Shown here piece after piece: positions 8,620 through 19,427 of a DNA stretch of 64,000 nucleotides. The stretch lies in NCBI GenBank assembly GCA_015067935.1, contig SVLL01000002.1, positions 345-64,344 on the forward strand. Direction: 5' to 3'. The notes below the pieces were generated by a model that did no database searches, had not been told where the DNA came from, and worked only from the letters and a program-made list of their open reading frames with translations. Position 1 is the stretch's first letter, and each line of letters opens with the position of its first letter. The translations under genes were made by a program, and so were the position numbers. This DNA comes from Oscillospiraceae bacterium (GTDB lineage: Bacteria; Bacillota; Clostridia; Oscillospirales; Oscillospiraceae).

Positions 8620-9437
8620 TATTCTGCGCTCTCTGCTTCCGTATTTTCTTCCTCTGCTTCCGTATTCTCTTCCTCCGCGACCTCATCCTCACCCGGCTCT
8701 AAGCTGCAGAGGGTGAAAAACATCCACACAGCGCAGCCGATAAAGAACACCGGATTGTCACAGCTGGGCAGAGTGGCAATGGAAAAGAACAAAGCGGAAA
8801 GGGAGAAAAAGGCATAGTCGCGGCGATTTCCAAGGTCTACATCAAAGGCGGCGCGCTGATAGCCGGCCAACATCGTAAACACAATGGCCAGCAGCTCAAA
8901 GGCATAGGTCTGCAGCTGGGGATAGGAGCTCCACAGCCGATAATGGGATACCAGATAGATCAGCAGAAATACGCATACGGCAGTATGCAGGAGCATATTG
9001 GGTTTCAAGCCGATATAGCGGCACCACGCAAGCACCAAGAGGGCCGCAACCGCCACAAAGCCCAACACGGCGGCAGTGGTCTGAATGATATCCGCAGGCT
9101 GTGCCAGCTCGGCAATGACGGCAATGCAAAAAGCGGCAGCGGCCAGCACCGTACCCAAGGCGGGGACAGTGGATGCAGGGAAATTTTCCTCATATTTTTT
9201 AAGGCCGCCCAGCTTCCGGGTGCCGATGAAAAGCAGCACCATCGCAATGGCAACATAGACCCAGCTCATACTGTCAAAGAGATGCCCGGCAGGATACAAT
9301 CCCCGATCATCCGTTCCCAGATTGAAGAAATACAGCCGGAATACGGCGGTGACAATTCCCAAAATCAAAACCGCAAAGGGTAAGAAGGCAGGCTTTTTCA
9401 ATTTTTCCAAATAGCCGGGTTTCCAAAAAGATTTCAT
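8619..9437 (-). CDS. multi-pass membrane protein, unknown function
   Basis: About 8 hydrophobic segments; acidic repeated tail (AEEENTE x2). Confidence 0.75.
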   Translation of the reverse strand: MKSFWKPGYLEKLKKPAFLPFAVLILGIVTAVFRLYFFNLGTDDRGLYPAGHLFDSMSWVYVAIAMVLLFIGTRKLGGLKKYEENFPASTVPALGTVLAAAAFCIAVIAELAQPADIIQTTAAVLGFVAVAALLVLAWCRYIGLKPNMLLHTAVCVFLLIYLVSHYRLWSSYPQLQTYAFELLAIVFTMLAGYQRAAFDVDLGNRRDYAFFSLSALFFSIATLPSCDNPVFFIGCAVWMFFTLCSLEPGEDEVAEEENTEAEEENTEAESAE

Positions 9438-9449
9438 AATTTGCCTCCG

Positions 9450-10175
9450 TTAAAACAAGGTGATGAGATAGAAAATGCCTGCCAGCAAAGGCTGATGGAG
9501 CAGGTAAACCCATAGAGAGTGCCGCCCGAAGAAGGAGAAAAAGCGCACGATGACATTCTCCTGCCGGACCATAGGAAGCAGAGACTCCTTTTTCTTGTAA
9601 AGGGTTTTGCCAATGGCACTGCCGATGAGGAAAAAGCCCAGATTGGGCAGCAGGGGGAAATAGTCAGAGGAGGCAAAGCCTTGCGGGGGCAGTCCCAGAG
9701 AAATCAACCACGGGCTGTCAATGACCAACTGCCGGCTGTGAAGCAGCCCGTCCAGATACAGACCCAGCACCACTAGAAATAGTCCGTGGAACAGCAGGCC
9801 CCACCAAGGGGTATTCTTATAGGTGGGCCACAGAAGCATACAAGTGCCGAGGCAATGGAGTACGCCGAAATAGATGATAATGATCTTGTCGGCAAAACCG
9901 AAATGATACATTCCATAAGTGACTGCGGAAATAATCAGTCCGCAGGCGAAAACCACAATACCTCTGCGGACGCTGTGGCTGCCCAAGGTCACGCAGATGC
10001 CGGAAAGGAGCAGAAACAGCACACCGCCCCACTGCTTGATGAAGGAAAAGAGCGGTGGGTATTCCCACTGCACCAATTGATAGAGCTGCACAAGGTCATA
10101 GATGAAATGCACCACCAGCACACCGAGAATACAGATTCCCCGGAGCACATCCAGTTCCCAAATTCGTTTTTTCAT
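9450..10175 (-). CDS. DUF1624 / heparan-alpha-glucosaminide N-acetyltransferase-like membrane protein
   Basis: RIWELDVLRG, FGVLH, SSDYFPLLP, GRHSLWVYLLHQP; ATG 10175 with SD ggagg. Confidence 0.85.
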   Translation of the reverse strand: MKKRIWELDVLRGICILGVLVVHFIYDLVQLYQLVQWEYPPLFSFIKQWGGVLFLLLSGICVTLGSHSVRRGIVVFACGLIISAVTYGMYHFGFADKIIIIYFGVLHCLGTCMLLWPTYKNTPWWGLLFHGLFLVVLGLYLDGLLHSRQLVIDSPWLISLGLPPQGFASSDYFPLLPNLGFFLIGSAIGKTLYKKKESLLPMVRQENVIVRFFSFFGRHSLWVYLLHQPLLAGIFYLITLF

Positions 10176-10204
10176 ATATGGTGACCTCCCGGCAGTGGTT
10201 TGAT

Positions 10205-10232
10205 GCAGGGTGGGGGCTTGCACCCACCCTAC
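10205..10232 (-). repeat. GTAG-type REP hairpin
   Basis: Minus strand GTAGggtgggtgcaagcccccaccctgc. Confidence 0.6.
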
Positions 10233-10357
10233 AGATAATCAATTGAATTATAACAGCTTTTCTCGGTAATTTCTACCCCTTAGGCGTGTATTTTACACTT
10301 GTTTCCCGGAAAGAAATGGAGTATAATAGTAGAAATTGCGATTTTGGAGGGATGAAA

Positions 10358-11200
10358 ATGCTGTTAACCGGATTAACGGTGCTTTCTCTGCTGTCGGCAT
10401 TGACCGCCTGCCTATTCAGCGGAATCGGTCTGCACTGGCTCTGGGTCTTGCCCGTAGGCTTTGTGGGAAGCTTTCTGGGATGGCTGATTCTGGCGGCACT
10501 GTTTTTGCTGATTGCCTGCCTTTGCATTGATCCTAATAAGCCCCAGCTGCACGACAGCCGTTTTTACCGGCTGCTGGTGAATTTATACGGTCCGATGGTG
10601 CTGACCATCGGCGGTGCGAGAATCCATACGAGGGGGCTGGAGCAAGCGCCCAAGGCCGGACGGTTTTTGTTGGTGTGCAATCACCTCCACGAAGCCGACC
10701 CGGTAGTTCTGATGAAATATTTCCCCAAAAGCCAGCTGGCCTTCATCGGCAAGCAGGAGACGAAGGATATGTTCCTCATCGGGCCGTGGATGCACAAGCT
10801 TATGTGCCAGCTGATCAACCGGGAAAATGACCGGGAGGCCCTGAAAACCATTTTGGAATGCATCCGGCTGATTAAAGAGGATGAGGTTTCCATCGGTGTG
10901 TTCCCCGAGGGCTACATCCGTCCCAACCGGAAGCTGCATCATTTCCGCAGCGGCGTGTTTAAAATCGCCACAAAGACCAATGTGCCCATTGTGGTGTGCA
11001 CTCTGACCAATACCAACCATATTATCAAAAATTTGCTGCACCTGAAGCCCACGCACATTGATCTGCATCTGCTGAAGGTCATCAAGCCGGAAGAATATGC
11101 AGGCAAAACCACCGTGGAAATAGCCGACGAGGTCTACCAAATGATGGCCGACGACTTGGGTCCGGAGCGGGTATCTACAGAAGAGGAAGAAATTTCTTGA
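10358..11200 (+). CDS. plsC: 1-acyl-sn-glycerol-3-phosphate acyltransferase family
   Basis: CNHLHEAD (NHxxxxD), FIGKQE, VFPEG; N-terminal TM helices. Confidence 0.85.
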   Translation: MLLTGLTVLSLLSALTACLFSGIGLHWLWVLPVGFVGSFLGWLILAALFLLIACLCIDPNKPQLHDSRFYRLLVNLYGPMVLTIGGARIHTRGLEQAPKAGRFLLVCNHLHEADPVVLMKYFPKSQLAFIGKQETKDMFLIGPWMHKLMCQLINRENDREALKTILECIRLIKEDEVSIGVFPEGYIRPNRKLHHFRSGVFKIATKTNVPIVVCTLTNTNHIIKNLLHLKPTHIDLHLLKVIKPEEYAGKTTVEIADEVYQMMADDLGPERVSTEEEEIS

Positions 11201-11269
11201 TTTCCTGCGCAAACCCTTGTATAATGAGTTGTCAACAAAAAATAATCCGAAAATTTGGAGGATATATCA

Positions 11270-12697
11270 ATGAAAAACAGCGAAAAGACTTTGGATATGA
11301 TCGTAAATCTGTGCAAGAACCGTGGCTTTGTGTATGCCGGTTCCGAGATTTACGGCGGTCTGGCCAACTCTTGGGACTACGGCCCCTTGGGCGTGGAGTT
11401 CAAGAATAATGTAAAGAAGGCATGGCTGAAGAAGTTTGTGCAGGAATCCCCCTACAATGTGGGCCTGGATGCCGCCATTCTGATGAACCCCACCACTTGG
11501 GTCACCACCGGCCATGTGGGTTCCTTCTCCGATCCTCTGGTGGACTGCAAGGGCTGCGGTGCCCGTCAGCGCGCCGATCAGCTGATCTCCGCATCCGAAT
11601 CCGGCAAGGATGTGAATGTGGATGCCATGAGTCAGGAAGAGATGGATGCGTATATTGCCTCCCACGAGGATGTGATCTGCCCCAGCTGCGGCAAGCATCA
11701 CTTCACCTCCATCCGCAAGTTTAACCTGATGTTCAAGACCCAGATGGGCGTTACCGAGGATTCCTCCTCCACCGTCTATATGCGTCCTGAGACTGCACAG
11801 GGTATCTTCGTGAACTTTGCCAATATTCAGCGTACCACCCGTAAGAAGCTGCCCTTCGGCGTGTGTCAGGTGGGTAAGGCCTTCCGTAATGAGATCACCC
11901 CCGGCAACTTCACCTTCCGTACCCGTGAGTTCGAGCAGATGGAATGTGAGTTCTTCTGCCAGCCCGGCACCGATCTGGAGTGGTTTGCCTACTGGAAGGA
12001 TTTCTGCAAGAATTGGCTGATCTCCCTGGGCATCAAGGAGGATTCCCTGCGCCTGCGTGACCACGATCCTGCAGAGCTGGCCTTCTACTCCCGTGCAACT
12101 ACCGACATTGAGTACCAGTTCCCCTTCGGCGGCGGCTGGGGCGAGCTGTGGGGCATTGCTGACCGTACCGATTACGATCTGGGCCGCCATCAGGAGGCTT
12201 CCGGCAAGAATCTGGAGTACTACGATCAGGAGCGCAACGAGCACTACATTCCCTATGTCATCGAACCTTCTCTGGGCTGTGACCGTGTGGCACTGGCCTT
12301 CCTGTGCGAGGCTTATGACGAGGAAGTTGTGGGTCAGGACAAGAATGGCAAGGACGATGTGCGTACTGTGCTGCGTCTGCATCCTGCACTGGCTCCCTTC
12401 AAGGCAGCCATCCTGCCCCTGAGCAAGAAGCTGTCCCCCAAGGCCGAGGAGATCTATGCCGAGCTGCGCAAGCACTTTATGGTGGACTTTGACGATGCCG
12501 GCTCCATCGGCAAGCGTTACCGCCGTGAGGACGAAATCGGCACTCCCCTGTGTATCACCGTGGACTTCCAGACTGTGGGCGACGAGAACACCCCTGCGGA
12601 TGACTGCGTCACTGTCCGCGACCGGGATACTATGGAGCAGGTTCGTGTACCCATCAAGGACCTGCAGGCATATATCGCCGAAAAGTGCTATTTCTGA
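11270..12697 (+). CDS. glyQS: glycine--tRNA ligase (homodimeric type)
   Basis: [60 protein letters not shown]. Confidence 0.97.
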   Translation: MKNSEKTLDMIVNLCKNRGFVYAGSEIYGGLANSWDYGPLGVEFKNNVKKAWLKKFVQESPYNVGLDAAILMNPTTWVTTGHVGSFSDPLVDCKGCGARQRADQLISASESGKDVNVDAMSQEEMDAYIASHEDVICPSCGKHHFTSIRKFNLMFKTQMGVTEDSSSTVYMRPETAQGIFVNFANIQRTTRKKLPFGVCQVGKAFRNEITPGNFTFRTREFEQMECEFFCQPGTDLEWFAYWKDFCKNWLISLGIKEDSLRLRDHDPAELAFYSRATTDIEYQFPFGGGWGELWGIADRTDYDLGRHQEASGKNLEYYDQERNEHYIPYVIEPSLGCDRVALAFLCEAYDEEVVGQDKNGKDDVRTVLRLHPALAPFKAAILPLSKKLSPKAEEIYAELRKHFMVDFDDAGSIGKRYRREDEIGTPLCITVDFQTVGDENTPADDCVTVRDRDTMEQVRVPIKDLQAYIAEKCYF

Positions 12698-12702
12698 GAA
12701 TA

Positions 12703-12734
12703 AAAAGAACAGACCCAAGCGGGTCTGTTCTTTT
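12703..12734. terminator. bidirectional intrinsic terminator
   Basis: aaaagaacagaccc-aagc-gggtctgttctttt between convergent genes. Confidence 0.85.
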
Positions 12735-12735
12735 G

Positions 12736-14016
12736 TTATACCGTTTTCGTTTCTTCCAGGGATAAAATGGCATCTCTGTCCTTATAGGCCGACCGGATCA
12801 CAAATTGGAAAGCGACGATCACGACGATCATAATGGAGCCGAAGATCCAGAAGCAGGGGCGGTAAGTGCCGGAAAGGTTGCGGATCCACTCACCCAAAGG
12901 AGAACCTAAGCAAAGCCCCAGAGAATTCATAGCCATAAAAATGCCCAAAACCTTGTTATAGGAGGCAGAACCGAACAGATCATTGGTCAGCAGGGGAATC
13001 ATAACGGTTTCCAAAGGCAGGGCTGTGCTGGATAAGATTGTGGCGGTCATAGCAAAGACCATCCCTATGGTGTTGGGACCGGTCAGAGAACCATTCAGGA
13101 TAAAGGTACTCAGTCCGGCAAACTGGCAAAGCAGCAGGGCGGCGCGCAGGCCCCATTTGTCATAGGTGGTGCCGGTGATCAATTTGGAGCAGGTGAGCAC
13201 CAAAGAGGATACGGTTGCGGTGGCAGCCAAAAAACCGGAGGAAAAGCCGAGATCAGAAAGATAAACAATGGTAATGCTGCCGATGCTTTGCAGGCTGATA
13301 CCGGTCAGGAAAACCAAAAAGGCAGCAAGGTAGAAGTAGGGTCTCTTCTTGACTGCGGTGTATTCCATACCCACCCATAAGGCGTTCTTCGGCTGCTTTT
13401 TCTGTTTGCCGGTGGCCATAGGGCCGTCGTTGGGATTATCCCGCAGGAAGAGGATGATAAACACACCGATGACCAGCGTGACGATGGCAGAAAGCAGAAA
13501 TGCTTTTCGAAAACCAAACGCACCGCTATCGATGAGCGGGGTGACGATCTGCGCAGCGGCGGCACCGCCGATGCCGTTGGCGGCCATTACGATGCCGGTA
13601 TATTTGCCGATGTCCTGCTTAAACCACCGACGCACGATGGTGCCGGCCATTGTGCCGCCTACGAATACGATACCTGCGCCGTGCAGCGCACCGGCGAGAT
13701 AAAAAGCCGCCAGCGTAGAACCGAATGCACGCAGCAAAGTGGCGCCGATCATTGCGGACAGACCGGCAAAGACCATCGTCCTGAAACCGAAACGGCTGAC
13801 CATCGTACCGAAGGACAATGCAACCAGCACCTGCGCGGCATAGCGGATGCTGGACCAGTAAGAGTAGGCCAGGCGGTCAATTCCCAGTGCGCTGGTGATG
13901 GGCTTGGTAAAAAGACCTTGGTTGCTGCTGCAGAACCCCAGGCACAAAAACTCCATTAAAAAGCAGATAACAAGGATGACCCATTTATAATTGGGATCGG
14001 TTTTTTTGAGTGCCAT
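12736..14016 (-). CDS. MFS transporter
   Basis: 12 TM pattern, RFGFR and DKWGLR loop motifs, RRWFK..G; alternative GTG start at 14028. Confidence 0.85.
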   Translation of the reverse strand: MALKKTDPNYKWVILVICFLMEFLCLGFCSSNQGLFTKPITSALGIDRLAYSYWSSIRYAAQVLVALSFGTMVSRFGFRTMVFAGLSAMIGATLLRAFGSTLAAFYLAGALHGAGIVFVGGTMAGTIVRRWFKQDIGKYTGIVMAANGIGGAAAAQIVTPLIDSGAFGFRKAFLLSAIVTLVIGVFIILFLRDNPNDGPMATGKQKKQPKNALWVGMEYTAVKKRPYFYLAAFLVFLTGISLQSIGSITIVYLSDLGFSSGFLAATATVSSLVLTCSKLITGTTYDKWGLRAALLLCQFAGLSTFILNGSLTGPNTIGMVFAMTATILSSTALPLETVMIPLLTNDLFGSASYNKVLGIFMAMNSLGLCLGSPLGEWIRNLSGTYRPCFWIFGSIMIVVIVAFQFVIRSAYKDRDAILSLEETKTV

Positions 14017-14191
14017 TTTAAAAACCACTTCTTTCTCCGGCAGATATACTACCGCGACACTGCTATTATCTTACTATAACTCGGTTTTTGGTGAAGCGCA
14101 AGCAAAAAGTTTGGCAAGGGCAACCCCGCATTCGGCTCTCTGCGCCGCGGACGATCTGTATGGAAACAGAGAAAAAAACTTTCTCTTTGCC

Positions 14192-14220
14192 TTGACAAAG
14201 CGGGAAAAAAGGTCTATAAC
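14192..14220 (+). promoter_or_regulatory. sigma-A promoter
   Basis: TTGACA-N17-TATAAC; short inverted repeats (caaga/tcttg, ttgcac/gtgcaa) downstream. Confidence 0.6.
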
Positions 14221-14299
14221 ATATTTGTGGCAGTATGCTACACAAGAATATGAAAATCTTGCACCTTTTTGTGCAAACTATGAAAGGATGTTTATCAAA

Positions 14300-15544
14300 A
14301 TGGAGAAATTGGCACTTCACGGCGGTACTCCTGCCAAGACCGTCCCCTACACCCGCGGCAAGCGTTTCGGCAAAGAAGAGCTGGCATATCTGGAAGAAGC
14401 TCTGAATCAGAACACCCTGTTTTACTGGTTCGGCAAGATGACAAAGCGGCTGTGCGCTAAGTTTGCGGATATGTATGGCGCAAAGTACTGCGTCGCTACC
14501 AGCTCCGGTACTTCTGCCATCCATGTGGCTCTGGGTGCGTGCGGCGTGGGCCCCGGCGATGAAGTTATCACTGCTCCCATCACCGATATGGGCAGCGTGA
14601 TCGGTATCCTGTTCCAGAATGCCATTCCCGTCTTTGCAGATGTGGACCCCAATTCTTATAATATGACCGCTGAGTCCATCGAAGCCAAGATCACCGACCG
14701 CACCAAGGCCATTCTGGTGGTCCACCTGGCCGGCAACCCTGCCGAAATGGACAAGATCATGGAAGTTGCCAACAAGCACGGCATCTATGTCATTGAGGAC
14801 TGCGCACAGGCTTACTGCTGCTCCTACAAGGGCAAGCTGGCCGGCACCTTCGGTCACATCGGCTGCTTCTCCCTGAACGATTTTAAGCACATTTCCGCAG
14901 GCGACGGCGGTATGATCATCATGAACGATGAGAAGCTGTACCACGATGCCCACATGTTTGCGGATAAGTGCTACGACCGCATCGGCTCCGATGTAAAGAA
15001 GAATGTTCCCTATCTGGCTCCCAACTATCGTATGAGTGAGCTGGTGGGCGCAGTGGGTCTGGCACAGGTGGAGAAGGTGGAGGACATCTGCGCAAAGCGT
15101 CATGTCTACGGCGATAAGCTGAACGCTGCTCTGCAGGATATCCCCGGCCTGATGCCCCATAAGGTGCTGGACGGTGCTTACTGCTCCTGGTGGTTCTATC
15201 TGATGCGCATCGACGAGGAAGTTATGGGCTGCACCAACAAGGAGTTCTTTGCCGCTCTGGAAGCCGAAGGTGTCGGCGGCCAGTGGGGCTACATCCCCTC
15301 CTGCGTGTACCAGTATGATCTGTTCAAGAACAGAAATGCATACCCCGGCACCCACTATCCCTTCGACGGTACCCACGGTAACCCCATCGAGTACCACGAT
15401 GGCGACTGCCCCAACGCTGAGGCGGTGCTGGCTTCCTGCATCAAGCTGGTGATCAACGAGTTCTACACCGAGCAGGACTGCGATGAGACCATCGCGGCAA
15501 TTCGCAAGGTTGCAAACTACTTCCTGAGCAAGAAGAACGGCTAA
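14300..15544 (+). CDS. DegT/DnrJ/EryC1/StrS PLP-dependent sugar aminotransferase
   Basis: KLALHGG, SSGTSA, IEDCAQA, FSLNDFKHISAGDGG, NYRMSE. Confidence 0.9.
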   Translation: MEKLALHGGTPAKTVPYTRGKRFGKEELAYLEEALNQNTLFYWFGKMTKRLCAKFADMYGAKYCVATSSGTSAIHVALGACGVGPGDEVITAPITDMGSVIGILFQNAIPVFADVDPNSYNMTAESIEAKITDRTKAILVVHLAGNPAEMDKIMEVANKHGIYVIEDCAQAYCCSYKGKLAGTFGHIGCFSLNDFKHISAGDGGMIIMNDEKLYHDAHMFADKCYDRIGSDVKKNVPYLAPNYRMSELVGAVGLAQVEKVEDICAKRHVYGDKLNAALQDIPGLMPHKVLDGAYCSWWFYLMRIDEEVMGCTNKEFFAALEAEGVGGQWGYIPSCVYQYDLFKNRNAYPGTHYPFDGTHGNPIEYHDGDCPNAEAVLASCIKLVINEFYTEQDCDETIAAIRKVANYFLSKKNG

Positions 15545-15556
15545 AATTACATAGGA

Positions 15557-15587
15557 AAAAGCGCAGTGGTTCGCCACTGCGCTTTTT
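15557..15587. terminator. terminator hairpin, copy 1 of a 31-bp direct repeat
   Basis: aaaagcgcagtgg-ttcg-ccactgcgcttttt. Confidence 0.85.
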
Positions 15588-15843
15588 AGAGTGCCAAAGA
15601 ACCCCCAAACCGTCAAAATGGAAATATGGCAGTTTTAGGACCGTACAATATGGAAACCGAATTTGAACACCGGGACAAACATATTGCCTGCAGGCGGAGA
15701 ATGCTTGCAGCACAAGACATTTTGACTTACTGCGTAAACTGCACGCTGCCGTACACCGGTACGCCGACGCGTGCAGTTTGCTTGTCTTTGGGGCTTCCTT
15801 GCCCTCTGGCAGTCCGTCAAAAAATGTATTTGTTGACGGACTG
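15588..15843. mobile_element. putative non-autonomous element (MITE-like) inserted into a terminator
   Basis: 256 bp between two identical 31-bp terminator copies; internal hairpins; terminal IR cagtccgtcaa/ttgacggactg at 15810-15843; no credible ORF. Confidence 0.6.
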
Positions 15844-15874
15844 AAAAGCGCAGTGGTTCGCCACTGCGCTTTTT
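15844..15874. repeat. copy 2 of the 31-bp terminator direct repeat
   Basis: Identical to 15557-15587. Confidence 0.9.
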
Positions 15875-16059
15875 CGCGCTTTGGCATAGGAAAAAATGGA
15901 AAAAATTGTAAAATTTTCGTAGGAAAATTATGGTTTTGCCCCCTTTTTCCTTGCAATTTGAGATGTGATGTAGTATACTGTATCGTGATATAATGCGTGG
16001 AAGTGTGCGCTTGTGAAATAACGATAAAATCTACAGCAATCCCTTTAAGGAGAATAGCT

Positions 16060-18147
16060 ATGAGCAAAGCGTTGAAAGAGAATAAAGATAATATGAGGCA
16101 GGCACATAAGAAGTCTGCAAACTGGGAGCATTGGCATATTGTGACCATCTTCCTGCTGGTCTTTGATGTGTTGGCCGCCGGCGGCTCCTACTTTTTGGCA
16201 CTGTGGTTTCGGTTTGACTGTCAGTTTTCCGAAATCGAGGCCAAATATCTGGAGGCTTGGCTGAAGTTTATGCCCATCTATGCTCTTATCAGTGTGGCGG
16301 TGTTCTGGGCACTGAAGCTGTACCAGAGCATTTGGCGGTTTGCCAGCTTTGTAGAGCTGGAGCGGCTTATCATCAGCGCAGGCATTTTGGGCGCGAGCCA
16401 TACGCTGCTGATCACCTTCCTCTTCCAGCGTATGCCGGTTACCTACTATGTGTTTGGCATCGCCATCCAATTCTTCCTGATGGTGTCCGTCCGTTTCGGT
16501 TATCGGTTTGTGCTGCTGGAGCGGAAAAAGAGGGATCGGGCTACTCAGCGGACGCTGGCACGCCGGGTTATGCTCATCGGTGCCGGCTCTGCCGGTCAGA
16601 TGATCCTGCGTGATCTGAATAATGCCAAGGAAATGAAGGATTGCGTGTGCTGTATCATTGACGACAACAGCAACAAATGGGGCCGGTTTATTGACAATGT
16701 TCCCATCGTAGGCGGCAGAGAAGACATTTTATTGAATGTGGAAAAATACAAGATCGAAAAGATCTTTTTGGCCATCCCCGGTGCCACCGCTGAGCAGCGG
16801 CGGGACATTCTGGACATCTGCAAGGAAACCGGCTGTGAGCTGAAAAATCTGCCCTCTGCCTATAGCTTCGTGGAGGAGGATGTTTCCGCAAAGCACATGA
16901 AGGATGTGGATGTGGAGGACCTGCTGGGCCGCGACCCGGTCAAGGTGGATATGGAGGAGATTTTCAACTTCATCACCGGCAAGGTCATTCTGGTCACCGG
17001 CGGTGGTGGCTCCATCGGCAGTGAGCTGTGCCGGCAGATCGCCCAGCATCACCCTAAGAAGCTGATTGTTTTCGATATTTACGAAAACAATGCCCACGCT
17101 ATCGGTCTGGAGCTGAAGGATAAGCATCCGCAATTGGATCTGGATGTGCTCATCGGCTCTGTCCGTGACAGCCGCCGGATCAATCAGGTGTTTGCCAAGT
17201 ACAAGCCGGATGTGGTCTACCACGCGGCAGCGCACAAGCATGTTCCCCTGATGGAGGACAGCCCCTGCGAGTCCATCAAGAATAATGCCATCGGCACCTA
17301 TAAGACCTGCTTCGCCGCAATGATGAACGGCTGCAAGCGATTTGTGCTGATTTCTACCGATAAGGCGGTGAACCCCACCAACATTATGGGCGCGTCCAAG
17401 CGTCTTTGCGAAATGATCGTTCAGTCCTTCGACCGGAAAATCCGGGAGGGTAAAGCGCATGAGCTGTTTATGATGCACATTCACCGCTCCGAGAGCAAGG
17501 ACAGTATGATGGATTCCATTCAGGTGATCGCCAAGCCGACCACGGATTTTGTGGCGGTGCGGTTCGGCAATGTGCTGGGCAGCAACGGCTCTGTGATTCC
17601 CCGCTTTAAGGAGCAGATCGCCCGTGGCGGTCCTGTGACGGTGACCCATCCTGATATTATCCGCTATTTTATGACCATCCCCGAGGCTGCCTCTCTGGTT
17701 CTGCAGGCGGGCACCTACGCTGAAGGCGGTGAGATTTTTGTGCTGGACATGGGTTCTCCCGTGAAGATTGACACGCTGGCCCGGAATCTGATCCGTCTGT
17801 CCGGTCTGACACCGGATGTGGACATTAAGATCTCCTATACCGGTCTGCGAGCCGGCGAGAAGCTGTACGAGGAAAAGCTGATGAGCGAGGAAGGCCTGAA
17901 GACCACACCCAACAAGCTGATCCACATCGGCTGCCCCATTCCCTTTGATGTGGATGAGTTCCTGAAGCAGCTGCAGGGCCTGATGGATGCGGCCTATGCC
18001 GGTGAGGAAAACAAGATCCGTGAACTGGTGGCGAAATCCGTAACCACCTATCATCCTGCCGGAGAACACGGCTCGGAGGATAAGGGTGCGGCCTACGAAC
18101 AGCAGATTTCCGAAACCGGCACGAAAGAGATCCCGGTGGGTGTATAA
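16060..18147 (+). CDS. CapD/PglF-type UDP-GlcNAc 4,6-dehydratase with N-terminal TM domain
   Basis: IGAGSAG, TGGGGSIGSEL, HAAAHKHVP, STDKAVNP, MGASKR, VRFGNVLGS, GEKLYEE. Confidence 0.93.
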   Translation: MSKALKENKDNMRQAHKKSANWEHWHIVTIFLLVFDVLAAGGSYFLALWFRFDCQFSEIEAKYLEAWLKFMPIYALISVAVFWALKLYQSIWRFASFVELERLIISAGILGASHTLLITFLFQRMPVTYYVFGIAIQFFLMVSVRFGYRFVLLERKKRDRATQRTLARRVMLIGAGSAGQMILRDLNNAKEMKDCVCCIIDDNSNKWGRFIDNVPIVGGREDILLNVEKYKIEKIFLAIPGATAEQRRDILDICKETGCELKNLPSAYSFVEEDVSAKHMKDVDVEDLLGRDPVKVDMEEIFNFITGKVILVTGGGGSIGSELCRQIAQHHPKKLIVFDIYENNAHAIGLELKDKHPQLDLDVLIGSVRDSRRINQVFAKYKPDVVYHAAAHKHVPLMEDSPCESIKNNAIGTYKTCFAAMMNGCKRFVLISTDKAVNPTNIMGASKRLCEMIVQSFDRKIREGKAHELFMMHIHRSESKDSMMDSIQVIAKPTTDFVAVRFGNVLGSNGSVIPRFKEQIARGGPVTVTHPDIIRYFMTIPEAASLVLQAGTYAEGGEIFVLDMGSPVKIDTLARNLIRLSGLTPDVDIKISYTGLRAGEKLYEEKLMSEEGLKTTPNKLIHIGCPIPFDVDEFLKQLQGLMDAAYAGEENKIRELVAKSVTTYHPAGEHGSEDKGAAYEQQISETGTKEIPVGV

Positions 18148-18174
18148 AAAAACAATGTAACCGAGGAATAAGCT

Positions 18175-19407
18175 ATGAAATACGAGGCATTTAAGAATAA
18201 AGTCTGGCTGGCGACCCCGACGATGCACGGGGAGGAAATGAAATATGTGCAGCAGGCCTATGACACCAACTGGATGAGCACCGTAGGTGAAAACATCAAC
18301 GAGGTGGAAAAGCAGATTTGCGGATTTGTGGGCTGCAAGTATGCGGTGGGGCTTTCCTGCGGCACTTCAGCACTGCATCTGGCAGTGAAGCTGGCAGGCG
18401 TTAAGCCCGGGGACAATGTGTTTTGCACGGATATGACCTTCAGCGCAACGGTCAATCCGGTGCTCTACGAAAAAGCCAATCCCATCTTTATCGACACAGA
18501 GTATGATACATGGAATATGGACCCGGCGGCATTGGAAAAGGCCTTTGAACTGTACCCGGACACCAGGGTGGTCATTGTAGCCAACTTGTACGGCACGCCC
18601 GCCAAAATGGAGGAGCTGTGTGCCATTGCCAGAAAGCACAATGCCATCCTGATCGAGGATGCGGCGGAGTCTCTCGGTGCCACCTACAAGGGCCGGCAGA
18701 CCGGCACTTTCGGCGATTACAATGCCATTTCCTTTAACGGCAACAAGATCATCACCGGTTCTTCCGGCGGTATGCTGCTGACGGATGATCTTGAGGCGGC
18801 AAACAAGGCCAGAAAATGGTCTACCCAGAGCCGGGAAAACGCCCCGTGGTATCAGCACGAGGAGGTTGGCTACAACTACCGTATGAGCAATGTGATCGCC
18901 GGCGTGATCCGGGGCCAGCTGCCGTACCTCGGCGACCATGTGGCAAGGAAAAAGGCCATTTATACGCGCTATAAGGAGGGCTTCAGAGATTTGCCGGTGA
19001 CGATGAATCCTTACGATCCGGAAACTATGGAGCCGAACTTCTGGCTGTCTTGTATGCTTATTGACCGGGACGCAATGTGCCCTCAGGTCAGAGATGATGC
19101 CCGGGGGCTTTATGTTTCCGAAAAGGGCAAGACCTGCCCCACGGAGATCCTCGAAACCCTTGCTGCCTATAATGCAGAGGGCAGACCCATCTGGAAACCT
19201 ATGCATATGCAGCCCATCTTCCGGATGCACCCCTTCATCACACGGGAGGGAAACGGCCGGGGCAGAACCAATGCCTATATTGCCGGCGAAGGTGCGGATG
19301 TGGGCGCGGATATTTTCGCAAGAGGCCTATGCCTGCCCAGTGACATTAAAATGACTGCCGAAGAGCAGGATAAGATCATTGAAATCATCAGAGCCTGCTT
19401 TGACTGA
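18175..19407 (+). CDS. PglE/EpsN-type nucleotide-sugar 4-aminotransferase
   Basis: DTNW, GTSALH, EDAAESLG, SFNGNKIIT, GYNYRMSN, RPIWKPMH, GLCLPS. Confidence 0.92.
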   Translation: MKYEAFKNKVWLATPTMHGEEMKYVQQAYDTNWMSTVGENINEVEKQICGFVGCKYAVGLSCGTSALHLAVKLAGVKPGDNVFCTDMTFSATVNPVLYEKANPIFIDTEYDTWNMDPAALEKAFELYPDTRVVIVANLYGTPAKMEELCAIARKHNAILIEDAAESLGATYKGRQTGTFGDYNAISFNGNKIITGSSGGMLLTDDLEAANKARKWSTQSRENAPWYQHEEVGYNYRMSNVIAGVIRGQLPYLGDHVARKKAIYTRYKEGFRDLPVTMNPYDPETMEPNFWLSCMLIDRDAMCPQVRDDARGLYVSEKGKTCPTEILETLAAYNAEGRPIWKPMHMQPIFRMHPFITREGNGRGRTNAYIAGEGADVGADIFARGLCLPSDIKMTAEEQDKIIEIIRACFD

Positions 19408-19427
19408 ACACAAACGAGGTTTACGAA

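Noticed and set aside
8630-8680. Tandem 21-bp repeat encoding AEEENTE
   Set aside because: Short low-complexity acidic tail with no further signal.
11201-11269. T-box upstream of glyQS
   Set aside because: Intergenic space is only ~70 nt, with a TATAAT about 45 nt before the ATG; no room or motif.
15557-15874. Two 31-bp palindromic repeats as a mini-CRISPR
   Set aside because: Only two copies, a 256-bp spacer, terminator-like sequence, and no cas genes.
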